DNA from: Epithemia pelagica
Lineage: Eukaryota > Protista > Bacillariophyta
Direction: 5' to 3'
NCBI GenBank assembly: GCA_946965045.2
Contig: OX337238.1
Location: 248,001 to 312,000 of the forward strand
DNA: 64,000 nt
Positions within the stretch are counted from its first letter, which is position 1. Each line of letters begins with the position of its first letter. The notes beneath the pieces are model-generated. The model was given only the letters and a program-made list of their open reading frames with translations. It searched no databases and was not told the origin of the DNA. Below, one piece after another: positions 12,475 through 25,300 of this stretch. Made by a program: the position numbers and the translations under genes.

Positions 12475-15400
12475 TTATTCAAACAGATAGGTTGCATTCT
12501 CTCGTCCCCAGACGGGTACACCACCTCGCGGAACGTCTCCTTGTGCCAGCATGACCAAGGCATTGGCCACATCTTGAGCACCATTCACATAAAAGCTGGC
12601 ATGGCTTTGCTTTTTCCCCACCGCCACGGCATAACAATACACCTGGTCGGGAATCGTCGTCGTCGATGGCGTTGTCGTCGTGACATCCATTTGGTCGTCC
12701 TTGTCGTTGTCGTCGTCGTTGTCATCATCATCATTGGGGGCAGCACCGTCATCGGCCATGACGGGAGGACCGGGAAGGCGATTGACTTCATCGCCCATTT
12801 CGGCCAAGAAGGAAAAGACGGAGGCAAACATTTTTTCATCCGAAACATCATCGCCCAAACACAGACAAAAGTCTACACCATCACCATGTTTCTTCGACGT
12901 GTCCCGCAACACCTTGGTGACAATCAATCCCTTGTTGAGTTGTCGCGGTACCACTTCGACAATCCCCTTGAGCGTCACAAAGCGAACATCAAAGGTTTTG
13001 AGTTCATTTTCCAGCTCCAAGACCAAATGGGAGGCTTGCAAGGAGCCCCATTCGGGATCACAGGAATAATAGGACCAACCGATACTAAAGGAGGTCAATT
13101 TGACAAAGGAACCATTGGACCGTGCCGTATATTTGGACAAGACGGGCAGGGCCACGCGCTTGACAGCGTCCCAATCCACGCCCAAGTCAAAGGTGAACCA
13201 CCGACGGCGGCGACTGTTCCCCGCGGCTGCTTCCTGGGGAGGAGAATACCGGGCCCCGTTGCTCACAGCCAAGCCCAAATTGGGAATATCCCCCAAGGCA
13301 TTCAACACATTCTCGGCCGAATCGCCCGATACCACATAGACCGTGTTGCGGGGGTCACAGGACAAGGAGGACAAGGCTTCAATAACCGCTTGGGGAGGTT
13401 TGTTTCCACTCGTACCAAGAATTTCTCGTTTCAGGTATTTGCCCGGTGGCTCTTTCATGACAATCGTCCCATTAAAATCGGTAATAATGACACGTCTCTT
13501 GCTGGAATCGTAGGCACGCTTCAAGGCTCGAATGTTGAGATTGCAAAAGGCCAAGCTGCTTTCTCGGGCCAGAAACCCCGCGACACTGTCAATCAGTTCT
13601 TTGCGAATGGGCGTCAGGCCTTCCGGTGTGGGTGTCTGAGAATTGGATTCGCTGGCATTGGAATTGTTATTGTTTTGATGCATGGTGGCATCTCTCAAGT
13701 CTCGGAGCACATTCTTGACCCACTTGTCGGACGGACTGTTGGAGACAAAGTCAATGTCCCGGTACCGACGGCCCTCTCGTTCTTGCCGGTCCATACTGAG
13801 CGCCTTGTCAATGGTGGTGATCATCATTTTAATGTCGTACGGGTTGACCCGCAGGGCACCATTGAGAATGGAACAAATGGCCGAAAACTCGGAGGCAATC
13901 ACCACACCGGGCGGATTCGGTTCCTTGTGGGAGTAAATGTATTCCATCGGCCAGTGGTTCAATCCTTCCCGAATGGGCGTGCTCATTAAAATATCCGTCG
14001 CCCTCCACAAGGCCAATCGTTGGTCCATGGCCATACTGGACCCCGTCAGTTCCTGATAATCAATCACTTCGGGACCAAATTTCTCCTGGATCCGTTGCAC
14101 CAGGAACCGCACTTCTCGCGTGGTCACTTCTTCATCCTTGACGCGGGATCCGGGAAGCAAGAGCCGCTGCACCATGACCACTTTGGATTTCCAGAGGGGA
14201 TAATCTTGCAGCATGCGTTCGTAGGCCAAGAGTTTGAGGGAGGTTCCCGACAAGCGCTGTCCCATGTCGAGGGCACCAATAATGGTCCGACCCTGATGCT
14301 TGTGGCGCAACTCCTCGGCCCCCGTCTGAACCGACGGCAGCATGAGAGCCGCATCGACCATGCGCGGCTCAATGGAGACATTGGACATGGACACCAACAC
14401 GGTCTGTCCCTGAAAACTCACACCAATCAAACCACCCACGAGGCTTTCGTAATTCAATCCCAAGATTCGTTTGGCCGCATTGAGGAAATGACGCGCATGA
14501 TCAAAGGCATGAAAGCCCACGACATCGGCGTGCAACATTCCCTGGAGAATGGATTCCCCACATTCCAATTCGCGAAAGATTTGCGAGGTGGGAAAGGGAA
14601 TGTGCAAGAAAAAGACTTTGCGAGTCATGCGACGACCAAAGGTTTCCAATTCAAACTTGGTCAATTGTTCCGGCAAGAGAGCTAAATGATAGTCATGAAT
14701 CCACAAAATGTCGTCTTGATCGGAAAGTTCCGACATGACGCGACAAAATTCTTGATTCACGCCCGAAAAGGCATTCCACCAATCATCCAATCGCGATTGA
14801 TCCCAATCACAGGCCCCATCTTGATCGGGAAGCCATCCGCAGGTACTCAAGTCGAGCAAATCGATATTGTGAAAGGCGGGCCACAAGACTTGTTTGCAAA
14901 AGCCGTAATAATGCGCCTGACGCGTCTTGGGGTCCAAGAAAATGGGAATACACTTCATTTCGCCGAGAATGGCCCGGACTTGTTCCATATCTTCGGGTCG
15001 TTCCAAGGGAGGATTGGTCGTGACGGTTCCGACCCAATAGGCTTGATAGAGGGACAAAATCTGCGAGCCTTCGGTCTTGGCCAAGATGGATTCACTCCAC
15101 GAGGCTCGCCACTGCTTGGTGTGGGGATTTTGCACCACCACAACCGGCAAATGAAAGCAAACAAAGAAAATGCGTTGTCCGCGAAAGACGGGCGGCGTGG
15201 CAATGGCCTTGGCTTGATGATGATGATGTGGTTGGGACGTGGAATGGGTCGTCGTTCCTGTATTAATCATGGCTCCAATGCCCACGCCCGGTTCGCCGTC
15301 GGCGGGCGCCTCGGCACCATCCCAGGCCATGGCATCGGCCGACACTTGAGGTTTCAACTGCTTGCGGCGATTTTCTTGATGAATCTGTGTATCGCAGAAC

Positions 15401-16432
15401 ATGATAGAAACCACAAAAATAATAAGAACAACAACAACACAAAAAGGGGGGAAACAATGAGACATTTTGGAATACAGGCATGACAGCTCGTGGCAATGAG
15501 TGCTTCTCCCTCGAGAGAATGGAACGTACCGCTTCCCGAATGAGATAGGGTTGAAAGCTGGCATCGTCGGGATTGGAATAGCTATCGAGGGCGGCCGAGT
15601 CGGAGGACGAAATGGTGGTCGTCAAGGACGACGACGACGAAACACTCATGTCAATGGTCCGATAGGGCAAGTTTCGATAATCGGCCTTGGTCGTTTGCGG
15701 CACGGTGACACTGGCCAAGCTCGCAACGGAATTTTCGTGTTTGCTCAACGCATTCACACTGCCCCGATTCAGCACAAAGGGATCTTCCCATTGCAAGACG
15801 GCCGTGGTACCCAAGCGTTCATCACTGGTGGACACCACCACTTGAGCGTCCGTGTCGTCCGTGGCAGTCGTCGGTTCATTATTGGTATCGTTGTTGTTCG
15901 CGTCATTGTCGAGTCCCCATTGTCCCCCGGGCGACACGACCAAATATCGATAGTAATGATGATGGACCGATTTGCGTCGATTGGGAATCACCACCACGAC
16001 CGGTTTGCGCGTCCGCCAAATGGGATAGTCCTCGGGCGTGGTAACCATTTCGACACTGGACGCATACAGCGATTGCGAATGATGATGATGGAGAGAATTC
16101 GTGTCATGTTCCAAAATGTCATCCCACGTGGTGGGAAAGGCCGAAGCTTCGGTGCGTTCGACCGAAAAGGAGGCATCGGCAGGATCGGTCGAGGGAGTGC
16201 CGGGTGCCCACAAGGAACTGCCCGTGACTCGCAAAAAACTACCAATGGGCAATTCGGCACGACAGCGAAAATGAAGTCGCACGGTACGACCAATCAACTC
16301 GCTGCCACCGGCGGCGTGTGGTGCTGCCGCCGAATGGACTGGATCCTCCTCCGTGTCGTCCTCCTGGAGCAATTCCACAGTGCCGCCGCCACCCGAGGCA
16401 TCCGTCATTAACACATCCGGAGAATTGCTCAT
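12475..16432 (-). CDS. Trehalose-6-phosphate synthase/phosphatase (GT20 + HAD) with N-terminal CBM20-like region (exons 16432-15530, 15384-12475)
   Basis: GT20 motifs (YYGFCKQVLWPAFH, IWIHDYHL, FFLHIPFP, ADVVGFH, GALRVNPYD) and a TPP domain (DFNGT, CLGDDVSDEKMF). Exon 1 has VRLHFRCRAELPIGSFLRVTGS, resembling the start of CBM20. Splice GTACGT...ACAG keeps the frame. Confidence 0.9.
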
Positions 16433-17578
16433 GGTAATAATTGTAATCTTCTCTTCTTCGATTCAAAGGACACACACGTGGTATGAAACAGGGATGTGTT
16501 GTGCGGATGGTGAACAATGGTGAAGAAGCATCAATGTGTGCGCATCTTTTTTTGGCTTCGTTATGTTGGTGTGTGTCAAACCGCTGACATCTGAGGAGGG
16601 CTATATTGGAGGTGACGTCTAAAACATGACGCGAACCATCTACGAGCTGGAGATACTTGCTACTCCTAGCTACTCCTAGCTAGAAAAGGGCCTTTTTCTT
16701 GACAAAAATTTTTGTTTCCAACCACACACCAAAGCAGCAACCACAGCAGAAGACCATGACACTGCAAGAACACAAGCACGGCCATCGGGCCTTGTGTGGG
16801 GTCCGTTTTTTGGAGGAGACAACCGAATGAACGGAAAACGACTGGTCTCTCCACTTTTGTGGGAAGCGTTGGGATCATTTGCTTGGGTCGTTTTCTGGAT
16901 CCGTTCGATACAAACAACGACCCGCACAACCACAACAACAAAAAGGGGCCAACGGTTAAGGTTTGGAATGGTACCAATTCCGTTCTTGTATGAAACGTGG
17001 TCGAGCGAAACAAGAAACGCAGCAGTGCCGAGAAGGACCTTCCCGGAACAAACGAGTCGTCGTAAACATGTATATATTATATGCTGCAGCTGTGATTGTG
17101 TTCATGTGTTGGTGGGAGCATTGGATTCGATCGATCCCTTGCCCTGTTCCAAAGATTGCGTACACTGTGGCATTTGCATGGAGTGTTGTACAATTCTCCC
17201 ATGGACCCGACCACTGCTGAAATGTAAGGCGGGCGGTGGATTCTTTGGCACGATGAAACACGGACCGCCTTCTTGGACGAGCACACACGTCGTAATCCTC
17301 ACACTACATTCATATCGTTCCCCGTCCAGCAGCACCAAACGGATTCCAAAGGTATCATTCTGGGAGAGCGGTGCACGATTCTGAAACACAGACCGCCTTT
17401 GAGGAGCACAGCAAGCAGTCACAGCAGCAAAAGCGACCAGAACGACGATTGCTCCGCCGTGGTCCTTCTTGAAGAGAGGGCGACGCCGCCTCATGTTGTT
17501 TACCTCTGAACCCTAGTGATAGGACTCGCTACGGGCAAAACGTCACGGCCTAGTTCATCATGACAAAAAAACTACGAC

Positions 17579-17610
17579 AGCAACAACAACAACAACAACA
17601 ACAACAACAA
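17579..17610. repeat. (CAA)n microsatellite
   Basis: Directly visible run of caa units. Confidence 0.9.
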
Positions 17611-17760
17611 AACGCCCAGTGGATCTGACCCCCTTGGATCGGTTTGGCAGGTTTCATCTCCTACCCAACAATGTTTCACAATGAACTACCAAAGAGGAAG
17701 TGCCGATTCTTAGTCTTATAGAGAGTACTATTGCCAAAAGAGAAAGTTGGTCCATTTCAC

Positions 17761-19092
17761 TTACTTACTGCAATACGAACAACAAGTTTTTCGGTCACAC
17801 ACCAGCGGTGCCTCCTCACCACCACGACAGGGAGCCGTGAGCCTCTGGAGGGCTTGGTTCCGCAACGCGCACACTTGTGCTGGCATGGTACCCGTCATTC
17901 CAGTATTGTCCATCAACAGTTCCTCCAACGCAGACAAGGATCCGAGCTCCGTTGGAACCGGACCAGAAATCGACGTATGATGAACTTGCAAGAAAGTCAG
18001 TTGGGTGAGGAGACCAAGCTCGGATGGAAGACTTCCAGTCAATTGGCCATTGGAAAAGAGATCCAATTCCTCCAAGTACACCAAGCCCGAGAGCTCGGCT
18101 GGAATGAATCCATTCAACTCGTCATGGTTAAAAATGAGTGACACAATGTTACCAGACTTGTCACATTTCACTCGTGACCAATGACATCGTTTCAAGGGCC
18201 TTTTCGTGAACCAGTCTTCATCCTTGACATGAGCCGCTTCTCGATGGACAATGAGAGAATACACCTGACCAAATTTCGAGTCCCACGTACAAGTCAATGG
18301 CGCGTCAATATCCGTGCCTGGACTAGTCGCAAAGTAGCTCACGGCTCGGAACTGTACATCATCTAGTTCGAGCTCGTTCAATCCAGACAAAAACATGGTA
18401 CATTGTTTGATGGAATCCATACGATCCGAGGGAGGAATGGGACGTGGAGAAGGGGTGGGTTGAGGAGAGGGAGGCTTGGGAATTGGTGGATTGGAAGGAG
18501 GAGAGGGAGTGGGAGTTGGGTCATTGGCGGGAGGAAAGGGACTGGGCTGCGCCTGAAAGTCTTTACTCGCCAGAGAAATCATGAGAAATCCAAAAGGAAT
18601 AACAACGCATAATAGGATACAAAGTGTGTAAACCTTGATCTTAACCTCGAGTATGGAGCTCCACGCTTGTTGAAAATTTTGGATTGAGAGTAGAAAGCGT
18701 CGCGATTCTTCGGTGTTTCCGTTCTGCGGTACAATGGCATCATCAGTCCTCTCGCCATGGTCATGATATTCATGTCCAATGATCGCTTCCTCATCATCCT
18801 CATCGACGGTGGAATGGATTCGTGCATTTCGGTACTGGTTGTCATCCTCCTGTGAAATGCAAAGATAGTCATCATGGTTCGACTCCAATGGAGTGTGGTT
18901 TGGACGGTGGGGTCTCGCTGGACTCCATCTACCAGCACCCAATCTGTAGGGATCTCCAATGGTCGAGTCCGAAAGGAGTGGCACCAAGGCCGAGGAATCA
19001 CAATCGTGCGAGATGCCCCGGATTACAATCTGTCGCCGGTGTTCGCCGCAAGTCTCATTGTTCTGCTGATGGTCCATGATCCTTCGTACCAT
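17761..19092 (-). CDS. Type II single-pass membrane LRR protein (Pro-rich stalk, Cys-rich C-terminus), copy 1
   Basis: TM segment VYTLCILLCVVIPFGFLMI, PSPPS stalk, plant-type LRRs (LTGSLPSELGLLTQLTFL, ISGPVPTELGSLSALEEL), terminal CDRKTCCSYC. Confidence 0.88.
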   Translation of the reverse strand: MVRRIMDHQQNNETCGEHRRQIVIRGISHDCDSSALVPLLSDSTIGDPYRLGAGRWSPARPHRPNHTPLESNHDDYLCISQEDDNQYRNARIHSTVDEDDEEAIIGHEYHDHGERTDDAIVPQNGNTEESRRFLLSIQNFQQAWSSILEVKIKVYTLCILLCVVIPFGFLMISLASKDFQAQPSPFPPANDPTPTPSPPSNPPIPKPPSPQPTPSPRPIPPSDRMDSIKQCTMFLSGLNELELDDVQFRAVSYFATSPGTDIDAPLTCTWDSKFGQVYSLIVHREAAHVKDEDWFTKRPLKRCHWSRVKCDKSGNIVSLIFNHDELNGFIPAELSGLVYLEELDLFSNGQLTGSLPSELGLLTQLTFLQVHHTSISGPVPTELGSLSALEELLMDNTGMTGTMPAQVCALRNQALQRLTAPCRGGEEAPLVCDRKTCCSYCSK

Positions 19093-20142
19093 GCTACTAT
19101 GAAATCATGGAACTGAACGAGGTGTGGGCGTGATGCGGAGGTTTTCCGGTGAAACACATGGTGTCAAGAAAAAGATACGCATATCCGAAGTCCTTTTTTT
19201 CTAGTATAGCTATATCTCGCTTCTCGAAGGCTTCCGTCAAGGTCCTGAGTGGCAGACGTTGGTGACGATAAGAGAGAGGAATTGGGTTATACGGGTCCAC
19301 AGGATAGAACATGATCACATGGATATAGTCATCATTGTTTCAACCGAATAGGATGCAAATAAGGACACAGTACAATACAATGTAGCATTCCTATTCTAGA
19401 ACTATAATACGACTCTGCCGCACTCAACGTGTGTGCTTCGTCGTGTCCTCTGGTCTTTGGGGAAAACTACTATCTGTGACAACCATGACTTGCTCTGGAT
19501 CATTCGTTGTTTCTTCTCCAAACACGCTATCTAGACTGTAAGGAACGCCTTTCCCAGGTCGAACCATGACACTCTCATTTCCATTTCACTCGATCCGAGT
19601 TTCATTGGTCTCTCCACCCGTTTCCTTATTTCATTCACGGTACCGTCCTTGGATCGAACCGAAACAGACCAAGGCATCCTCCACGTGTTCTTCCATTGAA
19701 AACGGAGAGGTCTCATGGTATCCTTGAAACGAACAAACCCGACGGATCTTCCACGTTCTTCTTCTTCCAGTGTGCTGCCAAACGGAATGACGGTCTCGTC
19801 TTGGTCAATTGTCGTTCTCCCTCAAACTGCGGGCCCAAAAGCGTCTGCCTCGCATCCTAGTACTACCTCCATCTCGGTACACCACCTAGCATGATTCGAG
19901 AAACCCCAAAGCATCGAACCCTAGGAACTACAAACGTCTTGTTTCTTCTGGCCGACTCGTATTGGATCCATCCATCACAATGGGGCTCCTCCTCAAGACA
20001 GAGAGAGAGAGAGATTCCCGTTTTCGTTGGCGCAGTCTCTCTCTCATCTGTCTCTGTCGTTTGTGGTGACACTGACACCGCCCATGAGTGTGTGTGTTGG
20101 TGTTGGTTCGTTGGGGCGGTTCCACAGTTGTCATGATTGGTT

Positions 20143-21666
20143 TCAAATATCGGCCGCACTGGTGCTGGTCGTGGTGGGTGGAAAGACCAACTCGGTGGTG
20201 CGAATCGTCGAGGGCGTGTCCCGACCCGTCACACTAGTCGTCACCGTACTGCTGGCACTGTCTTGATACAAGGTGCGCCAATCGCCGCCCGTATGGACAT
20301 GATCCAACAAGTAGGACAAGGCGGATACGACGGCATCGCGTTCCAATTTGGAATTGGTTTGCAAATCCAACGATCCTTGTTGGGTCAAGAGAGAAAAACA
20401 AGCCGACGGGGGTACCAGGGCCGTGGTTTTTTGCAAGGCCGAGGTCTTTTTGCCCACGTCAATGTACAAGACATTTGGCAGTGGAATGGTATGGACGGCG
20501 CCGCGCATCAAGACAATGCTGCTCGACCCCGTTTCCGTGTTGGGCACGTGGCGGGGAAATTCCGTTTGCCATTGCAACGAATGTTGTGCAGTGTCGTCCT
20601 GAATGTGAGTCAACCAAATGCGCTTGGGATCGCATTGGACGCCATGAGCCGTCAATCGAACGCCGCGGTCCCCAAGACGTCGTAAGGATTCGCGCCAGAT
20701 CCGTTCGTCCGGCACGTGCCAAATTTGCGGATGGTCCGGAGCCGGACGACGAGGAGATGCGGGGCTTCCATTCGAATTCGAAGATGACGACGAAGTAATG
20801 TCGTGAACCAGGCGATCCATATCCGTCGTCGTAAAAGGACGATTGGATTGTGGCTTGTGCTTGTGCGGCGAGGGTGTTTGATGGGCGGCAATGGCCGCAT
20901 CCGACGAGGCAATCGACAGGGGGCGCACCCGCGAGGACGTGTTGTCTTCTTCGGTTACGGCTTGCGAAGGCCAGGCCGAACTGGAATCGTCATCGTCGTC
21001 GTCATTGTCTCCTGGATCGCTCCGACTGCGAATAATATTGCTATTGGCCCGCGTATAAAAGGGCGTTGGTTTTTCTGGATCGTGCTCTTCTTGTTGTTGT
21101 TGCTTGCGTCGGGCTTCGACTTCTTCCAAGACACTGTCGTGCACGGACGACGAGGATGTGGGTTTGGAAAAGGACGTGGGTCGTTCCAGAGCGTGCGATG
21201 GCACATCGCGATAATCATTGTAAAAATCGTCAGCAAAATGGCGACTATGCGGTTTGCTGTTGCGAGGAAAGCGGCGGACATAACGGCGTCGTTCACTCCG
21301 ACAATAGGCCTTGCGCATTCCCTTGGGCAACAACAAGAACGCGACGTAGACCATCAGTCCCAATCCCAAACAGCCGACGTATTGCCACAAATCAATCCGG
21401 ACCAATTCCATCGCGCGGCCACTCAAACGAGCAGTGTCCATCGATCGACTGGTGGAAGACTCGGTTGTCGCGGAGGAAGTATAGGACGGAGTACTCTCTT
21501 CTTCTTGTTCGGCATATTGTGTGGGTTGGGCCGTGCGAAGTTGCTGTTGCAACAATTCGGTAGGATCGGGCGGAGGAAGAGGAGGATCGTCGGGAGGAGT
21601 GAGAGTCTTTCCCAGCAGGGGCAAGAGAACGGCAATGTCTTCTTCTTGACGGACAGCTCCGTCCAT
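20143..21666 (-). CDS. Single-TM protein with C-terminal PH-like domain
   Basis: Long ORF, likely ATG at 21666, with one TM segment (LWQYVGCLGLGLMVYVAFLLL). The C-terminal LYIDVGK...CFSLLTQQGSLDLQTNSKLERDAVVSAL resembles PH-domain strands plus the terminal helix. Confidence 0.6.
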   Translation of the reverse strand: MDGAVRQEEDIAVLLPLLGKTLTPPDDPPLPPPDPTELLQQQLRTAQPTQYAEQEEESTPSYTSSATTESSTSRSMDTARLSGRAMELVRIDLWQYVGCLGLGLMVYVAFLLLPKGMRKAYCRSERRRYVRRFPRNSKPHSRHFADDFYNDYRDVPSHALERPTSFSKPTSSSSVHDSVLEEVEARRKQQQQEEHDPEKPTPFYTRANSNIIRSRSDPGDNDDDDDDSSSAWPSQAVTEEDNTSSRVRPLSIASSDAAIAAHQTPSPHKHKPQSNRPFTTTDMDRLVHDITSSSSSNSNGSPASPRRPAPDHPQIWHVPDERIWRESLRRLGDRGVRLTAHGVQCDPKRIWLTHIQDDTAQHSLQWQTEFPRHVPNTETGSSSIVLMRGAVHTIPLPNVLYIDVGKKTSALQKTTALVPPSACFSLLTQQGSLDLQTNSKLERDAVVSALSYLLDHVHTGGDWRTLYQDSASSTVTTSVTGRDTPSTIRTTELVFPPTTTSTSAADI

Positions 21667-22368
21667 CGTCTCCTTGTGGTTGTTGTTGTTGTTTGGATTG
21701 TAGGTATTGTGCCGGTTGGTACGACGCACATGGCGATGCGTGGACGCCAAAGCGGCGGACGACCGTTCTGCCACCATGGTGAACGCACCAAAGTCGTTGT
21801 TGATTCACAGCACGCTGCGGATGATGCACAAGACCGGGGAGCTTTGCGTGACTCACGAAATGGGACGATGCACAGCTACTTGCAAAGGCTTATACACTTT
21901 TTTCTAATTTTTGGGGGTGGATGGAACAACGGATGCGCCATTGTCCGTTGCGGGTCGCAATGCTCCCTCCCAGTTTCCTATCGGGAAAGAGGAAATCGCG
22001 AAAAAATATGTCGGCGAGCTCGGTTCGATCGCCAGCCCGGTCCCGAAAATATTAGTCGCACAAAAATGGAGTCGCACATAATAACGGGTCGCGGTCAAGA
22101 AGTCACTTTTGGGTCACACCATTTCGTTTTGGAGGGAAATCCATCCCCCCACCACACGCGCGAGCTTCAACCACCGAGAGCAGCCGCATGACGGTGCCTG
22201 GATCTTTGTTCTCTGCGGCAACTCTCCCTCCGAAGCCTTTCAAACTCATCGGTTTCGAAATGCTTGCATACCACCACCACTCATCCTTCTTGTAACACAG
22301 TTTATTCTATTGTATTGGATCATATTGTATTGGAACCAGTGCATCGAATAATAATGAGGAGGAGAGAA

Positions 22369-25300
22369 ATGAAAGGGCATCCGCTGCTGTTACTGTTGGT
22401 GCTAGTATTGCTTCATGTCGCACCCTTGCGTTGTGCGGCCTTTATAGTGCCATCCTCGTCGTCATCGGTCCGAGTCAAGAAAGCGCCGCCAATCACAACG
22501 ACGACGACAACAACAACTACGTCGTTGCACTTGTTGCCACAAGATCAACAACCACTCTCAAAATCGCCCAGACCATCGCTGACCCGACTCTGGGCCTTTT
22601 TGTTTGGACGCAAGCAACCATCATCCTCACAAGGCAAGGAGGAGGAAGAGGAACAACCGCATCCACCCATGTCGCCGCCTCCGCCCGAAATGTTGCAGCA
22701 GTCACAACTGAATGGAGTGTCCGACAACACGAACGACGACACGGCCGAATCCTTTTTCTTGAGTCAACCGACCAACAATGAAAAATACCAAGCGGCCGAT
22801 TGGGTCGAATGGTCCTTTTCCAGTTTGGAGGGTGGATTGGAAGAGGATGAATTGCGCTATGTCAAGAAATCGTATGCGCAGGAAACAACCGAGGAGACTA
22901 CGGACAACAATAACAATGGTTCGCTGTGGAATGGCCCCGAACCCTCGGAAGATTCCATCAAGGGTGCCTTGGTCATGGGCGCCTTGGCGGCGGCCATTAC
23001 CGGCAAGGGCGTGGCCATGACGGGCGCCGCCAGTCTCGGTGCCGCCTATGTCGCCTTGACGACGGGTCCCCTCGGCAAAGCGATTCGCACGGCCGGTAAT
23101 CTCGTCTGGAATGTCGGCGCCGGCGCTGTGGACTTGTACCAACAAGCGGAAGAAAGTGCCGCCGTCCATTCGGCCCGCATTAAACAAGAACAACAGCAGT
23201 GTCAAGAACGCAGTCGTTTGGTCCGACAACAACGCCAGGAAGGCAATCAACGACGATTGTTGGCCGCTCAAGTGGCCTTGAACTTGCAACACCGTGAACG
23301 ACAGGCCCAAGCACGTTTGGAAGAAGTTCGTCGCTTGGCCGAAGAATCGAATCGGTTGGATCAAGAAGCGCTGGAGCTGCAAGCCCGCTTACAGGAATTG
23401 CAAGACTTGCGCGACGCGACACGAGCCGCGGAAGACTTGCGACGCCAGGAACAAGAACAGGCGGAAGCCGCCGCTCTCGCCTTTCGACAAGCCGAAGCGG
23501 AACGACAAGCCCGGATTGCCCAACAAACGCAAATGAGACGTCAAGAACAAGATCGTCTCGCCCAACAAGAGGCCCAAGAACGGGCCAAATTCGAGGAAGC
23601 GGCCCGATTGGCGGAAATTGTGCGACAAGCCGAAGAGGAACAACAAGCATTGAATGCCGAAGCAGCCCGGCGTCAAGAAGAAGAACGCCTCGCAAAGATT
23701 GCGGCCGAAGAAGAAGAGGAACGGGCCCGATTGGCGCAAGTGCTCATTGAAGAACAAAAAGAGGCGGACCGATTGGCCGCCATTGCGGAACAAATCGAAC
23801 AAGTTCGATTGGCGGAGCTCGAACGCAAACAAGAAGAGGCACGATTGGCCGAACTCGCCCAAAAGGAGGAAGAAGAACGCTTGGCGGAAATTGCCCGAAA
23901 GGAAGCAGAGGAAGAAGCTCGTCTTGCGGAAATTGCTCGCCAAGAGGAAGAAGCTCGTCTCGCGGAAATTGCTCGCAAGCAAGAGGAAGAACGCTTGGCC
24001 AAAATTGCTCGCAAGCAAGAGGAAGAACGATTGGCCGAAATTGCTCGCAAGGAAGAAGAAGAGCGCTTGGCAGAAGAAGCACGCAAAAAAGAAGAGGCTC
24101 GACTAGCCGAAATTGCTCGCCAACAAGAAGAGGAAGCAAGGTTGGCGGAAGAAGCACGCAAAGAGGAAGAAGCGCGGTTAGCCGAAATTGCCCGAAAAGA
24201 GGAAGAAGAACGATTGGCGGAAGAAGCACGCAAAGAAGAGGAAGCAAGGTTGGCCGAAATTGCTCGTCAAGAAGAGGAAGCAAGGTTGGCCGAAATCGCA
24301 CGAAAGGAAGAGGAGGCTCGACTTGCAGAGATTGCCAAGAAAGAAGAGGAAGAGCGCTTGGCGGCAATCGCGAGACAAGAAGAAGAAGCTCGCCTTGCGG
24401 AAATTGCGCGACAAGAGGAAGAAGACCGTCTGGCGGAAGAGGCTCGACAGAAGGAAGAGGAGCAGTTTGTAAGTACGCTGCTTGCGGCACAGGAAGCACG
24501 TGAGGCGGAAGAAGTGGATGACGAAATCATTATGGATCAAGAGGACTGGGATGCTTCTATTCGTTTTGCACAACAAAGTATCGATGGCAATGTTGCTGGA
24601 ATGGAGGAATATGAGGACGAAGATGATGAGAAGGCCGCATGGGATGTCGCTAGTAAGATGGCGGAAGAATTGGGCATACTGCCAGGAACAGACGATGAAG
24701 AACTTGACGAAGCTGATTCTCTGGGAGCCGCTGCCCGAGCTGCTGTAGAGGCGTTTCAATTCACAGACGAAGAGGAGGAGGTAGAAGAAGAGATCATTGA
24801 TGATGCAGAAACTGACGCGGAAATTTACGATGAAGGCACATTCTATGGCACTCTTCCTGAGCCATCGGATAATGTGGATCTCCAAGACGCACAAGTTGGA
24901 GGGACTTTTATCGGTGAGGACGGTTATGAATACGAATATGTCTGGGAAGAAGTGGATGAAGAAGAGGAGGAAAAGTATGCGCAGGAATTTGAAACTGAAG
25001 AAGACGTTGTAGCAAACGGGGATAGCGAAAGTTACTATGATGTCGTCGAGGATTGGGCGTCATATCCTGTCTCGGTTCTGAAGCAAGAGCTCAAGGAACG
25101 GGGGCTCCCAACGACTGGTAAAAAGGCTGATCTTGTTGCTCTTTTGGAAGAGTCTGATGCTGCCGCCCAATTTGAAGACGACAGCGGGGATGATGTCAGT
25201 GAAGAGTTGGGTAGTGTGGAAGAACTGAACAATCTCTTGTCTGATGTCTTGTCCAATGTGGAAGAACCGACGGATGAAGACTTGTCGGCGATTGAAGAAA

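Noticed and set aside
12472-16411. Several long plus-strand ORFs
   Set aside because: Antisense shadows of TPS.
16666-17494. Possible type II membrane protein starting MRRRRPLF
   Set aside because: Frames break repeatedly and no family is recognisable; at most a decayed gene.
20803-22191. 462-aa plus-strand ORF
   Set aside because: Mostly antisense to the TM-PH gene.
23860-24460. Regularly spaced repeats as a CRISPR array
   Set aside because: In-frame, degenerate coding repeats in a eukaryotic gene, with no unique spacers.
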